Under the pieces are notes generated by a model. It made no database searches. It saw only the letters and a program-made list of their open reading frames with translations, and was not told where the DNA came from. From Takakia lepidozioides (lineage: Eukaryota; Plantae; Bryophyta), in assembly GCA_030704615.1 (NCBI GenBank), contig CM060734.1:41230001-41294000 (forward strand): a DNA stretch of 64,000 bases, written 5' to 3'. A program made the translations under genes and the position numbers. Below, in pieces: positions 38,901 to 50,080 of this stretch. Positions within the stretch are counted from its first letter, which is position 1; every line of letters begins with the position of its first letter.

Positions 38901-41900
38901 CACATCACGTTTGTGTGCGTTTGCAGTTCGTGTGCAAGCCTGGCAGCCCTGGAAAAGGGCAAAGATGTGCATGGTGACATCGTCAGAGCTGGAATCGTAC
39001 CAGATGTGATCCTAAACACTGCCCTGGTGGACATGTATGCCAAATGTGAAAGCATCGAGGATGCAAAGGGAGTGTTCAACAATATGGCTGAACGAAATGT
39101 GGTGTCGTGGAGTGCGATGCTCGCAGGGTATACGTAGCAGGGGCGCGGGATGGAGGCTTTGGAGGTATGAGCAAATGATGTGTGAAGGGATGAAGCCCGA
39201 CAACATCACGTTTGTGTGCGTTTGCAGTGCGTGTGCAAGCCTGGCAGCCCTGGAAAAGGGCAAAGAGGTGCATGGTGACATCGTCAGAACTGGAATCGTA
39301 CCAGATGTGATCCTGAACACTGCCCTGGTGGACATGTATGCCAAATGTGGGAGCATCGAGGATGCAAAGGGAGTGTTCAACAATATGGCTGAATGAAATG
39401 TGGTGTCGTGGAGTGCGATGCTCGCACGGTATACATAGCAGGGGGATGGAGGCTTTGGAGACGTATGAGCAAATGATGTGTGAAGGGATGAGCTCGACCA
39501 CATCACGTTTGTGTGCGTTTGCAGTGCGTGTGCAAGCCTGGCAGCCCTGGAAAGGGCAAAGAGGTGCATGGCGACATCGTCAGAGCTGGACGCTTACAGC
39601 AAGAGATGGACCCTTTTGTATGTAGAGCAGAACAGAGACAGAGGGGGTGTGAGAGAGAGAACCAGATGTGATCCTGAAACACTGCCCTGGTGGACTTGTA
39701 TGCCAAATGTGGAGCATCAAGGATGCAAAGAGAGTGATCAACAATATGGCTGAACGAAATGTGGTGTCGTGGAGTGCGATGCTTATAGTGAATGCACAAC
39801 AGGGGCGCGAGATGGAGGCTTTGGAGACGTATGAGCAAAATGATGTGCGAAGGGGTGAAGCCCGACCACATCACGTTTGTGTGCACTCGCAATGATTGTG
39901 CAAGCTTGGCAGCCCTGGAAAAGGGCAAAGAGGTGAATGGTGACATCATCAAAGCTGGAATTGTACCAAATGTCATTCTGAACACAGCCATGGCAGCTCT
40001 GGAAAAGGGCTTGCAAAGCGGTCCATGGCGACATCATCAGGGCTGGAATTGTACCAAATGTCATTTTGAACAATACCCTGGTGGACATCTATGCAAAATG
40101 TGGGTGCAGGAGCAAACATGTATGTTAAGTGCAGGAGCATCATGCATGCATGCTCACGAAGTTTTCAACATAATGTCTCAATGATCTTTGCTAACGTGGA
40201 ATATAATGTTGGCAGGATTTACCAAGCATGGGTGTGGTAGGAATGCTTTGGAGACCTATGAGCAAATGTTGCGCGAGGGGGTGAAGCCCAACCACATCAC
40301 GTTTGTTTGTGTTTGCAATGCGTGTGCAAGCTTGGGACCTCTGGAAAAGGGGAAAGAGGTCCATAGTGACATCATCAAAGCTGGAATTGTACCAGATGTC
40401 ATTCTGAACACTACCCTGGTGGACATATATGCGAAATGTGGGTGCATTAAGGATGCGAAGGGAGTTTTCAACACTATGGTTGAACGAGATGTGGTGTCAT
40501 GGAACGCGATGCTTGCAGGGTATGCAGAGCAGGGACATGGTATGGAGACCTATGATCAAATGATGGGGGAAGGGGGCACCTTCTTCAATAGCTCACAGCG
40601 GCTACAAGTGGGTAGATGGTCAACTGGAAACAGTAGCGGCAACAACACAATTCATAAAACAAGGCACTGCTAATGAAGGTACCTTCTTCAACATATTTCA
40701 TCTTGTTTTCCCCTGCTATCAGAGTCGTCCCTAAATTTTAATGTTGAATTCTACAAGTTAGCTCGTTGGTGGATCTATGGTAGTTTTGGAGTGATTTTGA
40801 CATGTTACTGCCAATGTGGTCGACAGGAAAGTATCAATAAATATATAACAGAGACTCGAGGAGAAGCTCTAGGATGAATACGTTCCCGACCTCAGTCAAT
40901 GGTGGAACAATCGAGGCAAAAGGTGAATGTATGTTGGAAGCAGACGCAAGTCAGCATATGAACTAGTGTGATAAGTAGGGTTGGGGTGTTTGCTCAAGCA
41001 ATTCTAGGCTGTCATTGTCAGCTGCTAGCAGCAAGGCGAGGATGTATGCATGATTTGTGCAGGGGCATGGATAGCTGAAGGAACAGGGATAGATGTGTGG
41101 GTCCAGATTCATCCAAGAGGGCCGGATTTCAAGCTCCATATTACCTATGATTCCATGTGGAAGGATAGGTACAAGAAACCTGCATGGGTAGATGGTCAAC
41201 TGGAAGCAGCAGCAGCAGCAACACAATTGATCAAATCAGGCACTGTTAATCAAGGCACCTTCTTCAACACATTTCACCCTGTTTTTCCCTCTTATCAAAT
41301 CGGTCGTAAGTATTGCACTGTTTAACAGGGTCCTTGATTCTAGTAACACCAGAACAAACTAGTTACAACAATTCAGCCCATGTGTGGGCTTGCTTATTTT
41401 TTGCTTACTGAACCTTTTCAGGCATGGATTTTTGGACCTTGTGGCCTTTGAGGTGTCCATTGGGACATTGGTCTCATTTGGATTTTTGTAATATAATTTA
41501 CACGGTGTGTATTCCCCTGTACTTGTCTATTTTGAATGTCCTTGTGGTTGCTAGTATGCAAGAGGGGTCCATCCTGTTTTTATATCAGAATTTCACCATG
41601 TAATGAAGAGTTTAAATCATTTAATCTTTTTATTTGTATAATATTATTAAATCAAACAATAACCATTTAAAATTTTCCAAGCTGCTATCCCTGTTTTCAA
41701 AAATAAAATATAAATTTAAGAATTTAAAATTACAAATATAACTATTAAATTATTTTCAGAGACATTCTTGATGACACGTGGCATAAACCCTGCCATATAT
41801 GCTAGTCATATATTATGTCTAAGTGCCACATGTCACATCTGAAGTGCAACAGGTGTCGTGACGTGTCGCTTGTGCAGTGGTGCACGTGTTCCTCTAAAGC

Positions 41901-42163
41901 CTCTCCATGTAGGCAACGCTCATCAGACAATGTAGTCATATAGTTAGTCATATGTAAGTCATAGAGTTGTAACTACATCACTCTCTTATGCATGACTCCA
42001 GGTGCCACGCACGCAGTCACGGCTATGACTTGCAAAATGCAGTCCTAAAGACTAGTCGCTATGACAGGGCTTTTTTCACTACAGAGTGATGTAGTCATGA
42101 ACGCATATAGGACTGAAAAAATAGTCATATGTGCAGTCATAAAAACGCTCATCTGTTGTAGTG
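35986..42163. mobile_element. Non-autonomous CACTA (En/Spm) element with captured gene fragments
   Basis: TIRs CACTACAAGAGATGAGCGTTTTTA and TAAAAACGCTCATCTGTTGTAGTG. 3-bp TSD CTC/TTC. Subterminal ATGACT/AGTCAT repeats at both ends. Removing it restores the Copia integrase frame KAYR|VWLPHKRRIEESRDVLFNE. Confidence 0.92.
38520..40575 (+). pseudogene. PLS-class pentatricopeptide repeat (PPR) gene remnant
   Basis: About 303-bp P-L-S triplets: WNIMLGGFTKHG..EGVKPD / ITFVCVCSACASLAALEKGKEVHGDI / VILNTALVDMYAKCGSIEDAKGVFNNM. Several stops and frameshifts. No E/DYW domain seen. Confidence 0.9.
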
Positions 42164-45100
42164 TTCTATAGGCTTTACTCGTCAAGCTATATCCCATAAA
42201 AACACCCTTCGTGCTTTTTGAATCGAGCTCTGTCCTCAATTCTTTGGGAACATGCACATAGGCATCACACCCAAAGACTCTCATGTGCGATACAGATGGC
42301 CGCTCCTTATTTCAGGCTTCAAATAGAGTCTTGTCGAGCAACGTGCATGTCGATGTTCTGTTCAAAGTGTAGACCGTTGTATGTACGGCCTCACCCCAAA
42401 ACCATGGATGCACATTGCTAGAATAGATCATGCTTCTCACCATCTCCATGATGGTTCTATTATCACGCTCACTGGCTCCATTTTGCTCAGGTGTGTATGC
42501 AGCAGTCATCTCATGCTTTGCCTCAATGTCTATGAGATATTTTTCAAAATCCTTCCCTGTGAACTCGCCACCACGATCTGGTCGCAAACACCTTCATTGT
42601 TTGACCAGTTTCTTGAGACACCTTAAAGCTTCAGACTTCTTTGTAGTGCAATACACCACTCTATAAGCCGAGTGATCATCCATGAACAAGATGAAGTACT
42701 TCGCTCCTCCAGCTGATCTTGTACTGAATGGTCCATATAAGTTAGTGTGAACCAAGTCTCCCACTGTTGTTGCTCGCACTCTGAACGCCTTCTTTGAGAA
42801 CTTACTCTTGTGATGCTTTCCAAAAGCACAACCTTCACAAAACTCATGCTTCTTCTTGTTTGTGAGGTTTAATCCATCCACCATCGCTTCCGTTGTCAAG
42901 ACTGACTAACAGTTCACGTGGCCAAGTCTTCTATGCCAAAACTCCAAACTCTGGCCCGCAACAGATTCTCCTACAAAAGCTCCTGCCAAAAATGCTTGAG
43001 CTTTGGATGTTGTGACTTTGATGTGTAGATGCCACATGTCATTTTTGACATACCCTTCCATGACCACCTTGCCATCTTGCATGAGGGTGCAGCTGTTCTT
43101 GGTATGCATAGTAGCAACGTTCATGTTGGCAGTTCTCAAGATCGAAAAAAGATTCCGTCCCAACCCCGGGACATGTAAAACATCCGTGAGCTCGCTATCA
43201 TACCATCCGTCTCCAGCTTTCACCCGGATGTCAATATTGCCAATGCCAACCACCGGATACTCGATGCCACCAATGCCTTCTACGGTCTCCTCAAGCATGG
43301 CAATGTCTCTATAAGACTTGAACCACTCCCTTCGGTCTGTCATGTGAGTATTGGCACCAGTATTAGTTATCCATGCATCTTTGTCCCTTGAGCTTGAACT
43401 GTATACTGTATCAGCCATCCACGCCTTGTATGTAGATCCCTCATGCTTCTCTTCTTTGGCATCACCGTTTTTTTCTTTTCTTTTCTGGGCACTCCCGCTT
43501 CCAGTGCCCTGTCTTGCCACATTTGAAGCAGGTCGTCTCCTCCTTCTCCTTGGCTATGGCAGCCCTTCTTGCTTCAGCTTGCTCAGCTGTCAACTTTGGC
43601 TTTGAGCTCTCTCCAGCAAAACATTTCGAGTTCTGACCTTTCTTCGCTGCCAAGAATGCCTTGGCTGCCATCTCACTCGCCTCAGTCTTTGCTCTTCCCT
43701 CCTCTGTCAGCAGCCGCGAGGTCAACTGTTCAATGTTCTTTTCTGGTCCATCCGGCACACTATCCCAGGCTGATCTGAAATGACTGAGATATGTTGGCAA
43801 GTTGCAAAGAATCTTGGCAATAACTACCGAATCTGTAAAGCTGGCATCTCCCATGCCTCTCAGCGAATTGATAATGAGCTCAATTTTGCCAAGAAAATCT
43901 GCTATGTCTTCTCCGTCCTCCATGCTGCACTTGTAAAAGTTTTCTTGAAGGCGAAAAACATTCTCCGCTGATCGTTGCTCATGCACGATGCTGAGCTTAT
44001 GCCAGAAAGCGGCTGATGTCTCACAACCCATCAGGTTCTTTAGCTGTCTTCGATCCACTGCCTGGCATAGAAGACCAATCGCTTGATTGTCACGCTTCAC
44101 CCATTTAATCACTGCTACTGGGTCAGGATCTACGTCCGGTGCTCCGTTGTCCGGTGCTCCGTTGACTCCATGCACTTTGGCTGGCTTTGGCTCAATCCCA
44201 TCAACAACAGACATAAGCTCTTTTCCTCTAAAAATTGCTTTCATCTGATACTTCCACATGGCAAAACCCTCACCATTGAATCTCTCAATATTACTTAATT
44301 CTTTTGCCATCTTCATGGCGCTGCTCTCTCAGATTCGTTTTTTTTAAATAAATATCTTAAGCGATTCACCTACTGCACTATGAGACTGCTCTATGAGACT
44401 GTGCTTGAAGACTCGATCTCAACATGAAAGCAAAAGGCAAAAACTATGAAGGAGAATGTCAGCTCAAGAAAAAAAAAAAAAAAACAATAGAACAAAACAA
44501 AGCACCCAGCTAGAAGCGTGGGCCCAAAACCTGTTAAATGTAGTGGTTGCAAGTTCACTAAAAAGGAGACATACATGACACAAACTCTACATAGCAAGCA
44601 GTGAATAACTAGTGCAATCAAGAACCAATACTACACACCACTACACACTTTGCAGACAAAGCTAGATTAACCTTGAAAGTGTCTTTTTGCCAAAAAGCAT
44701 TGCATATAACAATCTGGAGAGAGAGTTCGCTCCATACTAGCTGAGGTATATATAGAGCTGGAGTGGCCTGATAGTATTGCTAATTTGTAGGAGCCCTAGT
44801 TAAGTCACCGCTAGAAGGTGCGGTGGTGCAGCGGTGACATCCTACAAAGTTGGCACTGATCTAGAAAGCTGATCTAGTGTGTTGGAGTTGCATAAAACAT
44901 CTCATTCAACATATCGTACACCAACTGCTTACTGCATGCTGTGATGCTATCGACCTGCCTCCCAACAAGTAGGCGCAGGACTGGGTGGGGTAGGAAATCC
45001 GGAAGACCCACACCTTTGTACACGGACAGCAGGTGACTCATTTCCTTTGTGCTCTCTGCAGCCATTAAACTTGACCCTGACTTGTGAAGATCGTCGGCAA

Positions 45101-45395
45101 ACGTCTGAAACATCTCATGCATTCGAGCAGTGTAATGCATCTCATTTGCATCAGGAAAGCTTTCGAAATCTCCTTCCCGTACCAGTTCGGCCAATATGTG
45201 GGTCTGAGAATTCTACATTTGAGAAAATACCAGTCCTGCCTCCGCCATATCTTTCATACCTCTAGGTAAACTCTCGTACTTTTGACGGCAACGGTAGAGT
45301 GCGTCGTTGATCTGTTTGACTATTTTGGGTAGGGATTCCTGGATGATGTTCACATGAATGTAAGTGAGCCGCTTTGCCAACATCGGAACACCGAC

Positions 45396-48300
45396 CAAGA
45401 ACATGAACAAGAACTAAAGTCTTAGACTAAAACTAAAACTAAAGCTCTCCTTCCAACCATAGAAACCACCATCATACTCTTACACTTAGACCAGTGGTTT
45501 CACCCCCTGAGCTTGTACAAGAAGGTCTCTAGAAAGTCCTACTTGGTCACTTCCACTTCCACTATGGTGACCATCCACCTTCTAGCCATTCACCTTCCAA
45601 AGGTGAGTTAAACAAGATAGTCTCTTAGACTTCTAAACCTTTGGCCTTCAAGACTCTTAGTCTTCTAGATATGTTTAATTACTTCCAACACTCCCACTCA
45701 ATTAAATCATATCATTGAGCTACTTCGTTTGTCTTTGGAGAAAAGACACCAAGTAAGGCTGAACACTTCATGTGTTTTGTTTGTGATAGACTCTTCGTCA
45801 AAACATCCGCAACCATATCTCCTGTAGCACAATAGATCATCTTGATCTCTCCCTTGCATACAACTTCCTGTATGTAGTGATGTTGCACTTCAATGTGTTT
45901 CGTCCTTGAATGATACTTTGGATTTTGACTTAGTGCAATCGCACTTTGATTGTCACAATAGAGAGTCGTAGGTAGTGATTGGAGATGATCAAAATCTCTA
46001 AGCAACTTCCGTAACCAAATAGCCTCATTTGCTGCTTGTGTAATGGACATGTACTCAGCTTCTGTTGATGACAACGCTGTTGCAACTTGTCGTTTGCTAG
46101 ACCAAGATACAGCTCCACCTGCTAGGAGAAAACAATGGTCTGAAGTTGATTTTTCTACAACGTCTCCTGCCCAGTCAGCATCAGCATACCCCAACAAACT
46201 TGGATCTTCTACTCTTTTGTAGAGTAGACCAGAGGTTGATGTTCCTCTTAGATATCGAAATATCCTCTTCACTGCTTTCCAATGGGTTTGTCCGGGATTT
46301 GAAAGAAATTGTGAGACCACTCCCACTGAATGTGCAATGTCTGGCCTAATACAAACCATGCAATACATCAAACTGTCGACTGCGCTTTGATAAGGAGTTT
46401 TCCTCATATTTTCTTGCTCTTCTTGAGTCTTAGGTTCGAGAGGAGTTGATGTTGGCTTACTCATCTCCAACTTAAACCTTTGTAGAATTGTCTCAATGTA
46501 TTATCGTTGATGCATGAATATTCACTCGATCTCCGCTGATTTGAATACCAAGATAGAACCGAATCTCACCCATGTCAGTCATGGCAAACTCAGCACTCAA
46601 CAACGTTTTGGTTTCTGGCAACAACCTTTGATGATCGTTGGTGACAATGATTGTGTCATCCACATATAGAGCGATGACCACAATTTGCTCTCCCATCTTT
46701 TTCACATAGATGTTTGTGTCAGCAATGCTTCGCTCAAATCTTGCCTTTAAGAGGTAAGCATCGATCATACCATATCAAGCTCGAGGACTTTGTTTGAGTC
46801 CATACAAACTCTTTTGCAGCTTACACACAATATCACTTCCTCCTTGTACAAACCCTTCAGGTTGTCTCATGTAGATCTCTTCTTGTAGTTCTCCATTCAG
46901 AAATACGGTCTTAACATCAATTTGATGAACTTCGTGATCATGTTGAGCTGCAAGAGCTAACAACACTCTGATAGAAGAAATCTTCACCACTGGTGAGAAG
47001 GTTTCATTGTAATCCACTCCTTGAATTAGTGCATAGCCTTTAGCTATAAGACGAGCTTTGTACCGGTAAATAGATCCATCAGCTTTGTACTTCAACTTGA
47101 AGATCCACTTGCAACCAATGGCTCTTCGTCCTGCAGGCAACCTAGTGAGTGTCCATGCTTTGTTTTGCATCAATGAATCCAACTCTGAGTTGATTGATTC
47201 TTCTCATTGTAGTTTGTCTGGAGAGCGCATCGCTTCCTCATATGTAGCAGACTCAACCACTTGTGATGCTTCTTCCATAGCTTCAATGACACTCATAGAT
47301 GTAATCAGCATACTAGGAGCTTTTCTTTCCCGCTGAGATCTCCTTAGAATTGGCACATCTTCAACTTCATCTCTAGAGTCCATATCAACAAGTGGTTCAC
47401 CAACTTCAACTCCTTGATCAACTCCATCAAGTTAAACACCTCCATCATTTGCTTCAGCCATCTCTTGTATTGGCTCCTCATAAGACTCCTCTTGGAAATG
47501 GTGTAATGGCTCTAAGCTCATTCCCATGTCACCAAAGAGGGTATGAAGCCTTCATCAAACACTACGTCTCTACTGTGTTTAACAGCCTTAGTTGTCTTAT
47601 TGAACAATTTATATCTCTTCACACCTTCTGTGTAGCCAATGAAGATGCATCCTTCTGATTTGGAGTCAAGTTTTCTTCGCTTCTGAATAGGGATATGGAC
47701 ATATGCACGACATCCAAAAATCCTACAATGAGCCACACTAGGCTTCTGACCACTCCATACCTCTTCTGGTGTTTTTCCCAACACTGATTTGGTAGGTATT
47801 TTGTTGTGAAGATATGCTGCAGTGCCAACAGCTTCTGCCCAAAAATGATTTGAAAGATTCACTTCTTTCAACATACTCCTTGCAGATTCTTGTATTGATC
47901 TATTCATCTGCTCAGGTGTATATGGAACAGTAAGCTGTCGAGCTATTCTATTCTCTTGACAAAACTGATTGAAAGCCTTTGAGATGTACTCACCACCATT
48001 GTCAGATCTCAAAATCTTAAGAGGCTTTCCAGTTTGTTTTCAAGTACTTTGAATTCCTTGAATTTCTCTAGCACTTGACTTTTCCGCCTTAGGAAATTTA
48101 CCAACCCTCCTTGACAAATCATCAATGAATGTCACAAAGTACCTTGCTCCTCCAAGTGATGTGGTTTGCATTGGCCCGCACACATCAGAATGTACAATCT
48201 CCAATATACTTGTGGCTCTTCGTTCACCATCCTTAGGAAATTGACCTCGATATTGCTTCCTTTCCAAGCAACCTTTGCATAGACGCATATCGCTCATCTC

Positions 48301-50080
48301 CTTCAATGATAGTCCTTCCACAAGATGGGTTGAGAGTTGCATCTGTCTCAACTTCTTAATGCTCACATGACCTAACCTTCTATGCCACAACTCTGTTTTC
48401 TGACATGACAGGTGTAGATCCCAACTGTGGTGAAAATGTGGTAAGAGCACTAGAGACATGATGTTGTAATCTATACAAGCAATTATCAAGAATAGCTCTT
48501 GTTACCACAGCTCCTGAGCTATCTGTGATAGTACAACTCTCATCTTGGAATACCACTCTGTATCCCTTTGCAACAATTTGCCTTACAGACAGCAGGTTCT
48601 TTGTTAAAGTAGAGACATGTAGGACATTTTTCACCTCTATGGTTTCCCCTTCATTGAGCATAAGAGAGACTGAGCCTTCCCCACCAATGACATGCTTGCT
48701 ATTATCTCCCAAAAGAACATATTGTGTAGGTGAAAGAGATCTATAGGATAAGGAATGCTCTCTCTCTGAACTCATATGTTGAGATGCTCTTGAATCAACA
48801 TACCACACATGCTTCTGTCTAGTAGTGGCTGAGAGACACAACAAATAGAATAATTCCTCTGATGAGTAGCTATGTTTCCTTGACTCTCTCTGCTGCGCTC
48901 ATCTGCAATGCGCTTTCTACAATCCTTGATCATGTGACCAAGTTTCTTGCAATAAAAACACTTCATTTTGGCCTTTTTGATCTTTGAGCTAGATTGAGGT
49001 TTCCGAAACCTCTGGGACTTCTGAGACATATGTGAAGGGAGTCTTCTATTCAAGACTACTCCAGTCTTGCATGTGAACAAAGCTCTGTCTACCTCTGTAG
49101 ACGTATCTTGACATTTTCTTCTTGTTTCCTCCTTGAGGAGAAGTCCTATGACAACATCAATAGTTAAGTTGGTTTGTCCTGCTAGAGACACCACAAAACC
49201 ATCATAGGATTCAGTGCCAATAACACCACTGCGGCGTGTTCATCAGTCACATTAGTTCCCACAGAGACTAGTTGATCTCGCAACACACAAAACAAATCCA
49301 AGTGTTGTTCAACTGAGTCTGACTCGGTCATCTTCAGACCATAGGACTTTTGCGTCGCATACACTTGCGATGTGACATCCTTCGTCTCATATATGTTTGC
49401 TAGCTTGTCCCAAACATCCTTAGCATTCTTAGCATTTATAATGAGATGCAACTGATTGTCTCTCAAGCTTGTGATGATGCTAGCTCTTGCTTTCTGATCT
49501 TTCCTATCCCATATGGCTTGGCCAACAATAGTGTCAGGTCTTGGGACTGATCCATCAACCACTCCCCATAGATCTTTGTCTAGAAGGACCATCTCTATCC
49601 TAAACTTCCAGGTTTGATAGTTAGCTCCATTGAATCGATCTTCCACTCTCACATCTAATGCACTCGTCATAGACATAGAAGGAGGATTGCTGAAGGACGA
49701 CGCTCCAGCCATAATCAAGTTCTCTCAATCTCAACTACCAACTCTCACCTAGAGAAGAATGGCTATGATACCATGTTAGAATTGAGCAAGAACATGAACA
49801 AGAACTAAAGTCTTAGACTAAAGCTAAAACTAAAGCTCTCCTCCCAACCATAGAAGCCACCATCTTACTCTTATACTTAGACTAGTGGCTTCACCCCCGA
49901 GCTTGTACAAGAAGGTCTCTAGAAAGTCCTACTTGGTCACTTCCACTTCCACTATGGTGACCATCCACCTTCTAGCCATTCACCTTCCAAAGGTGAGTTA
50001 AACAAAATAGTCTCTTAGACTTCTAAACCTTTGGCCTTCAAGACTCTTAGTCTTCTAGATATGTTTAATTACTTCCAACA
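45396..50080 (-). mobile_element. Ty1/Copia LTR retrotransposon 2 (decayed polyprotein)
   Basis: LTRs at 49774-50080 and about 45396-45690 (outer ~15 bp lost). PBS TGGTATCATAGCC (tRNA-iMet 3' end, 1 mismatch). PPT TTGAGTGGGAG. Fragments: gag 48772-49718, PR 48380-48844, INT 47518-48489, RT/RH 45712-47182. Confidence 0.95.

Larger units (their letters stand above)
33490..44911 (-). mobile_element. Ty1/Copia LTR retrotransposon 1 (interrupted by a CACTA element)
   Basis: LTRs at 33490-33881 and 44532-44911 (TG..CA, about 9 substitutions plus a 12-bp indel). 5-bp TSD TATCG at 33485-33489 and 44912-44916. PPT TTGAGTGGGAG. Gag with CCHC knuckle 43462-44316, protease 42906-43520, integrase 42164-42899 plus about 35900-35985, RT/RNase H 33943-35670. 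Confidence 0.96.
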
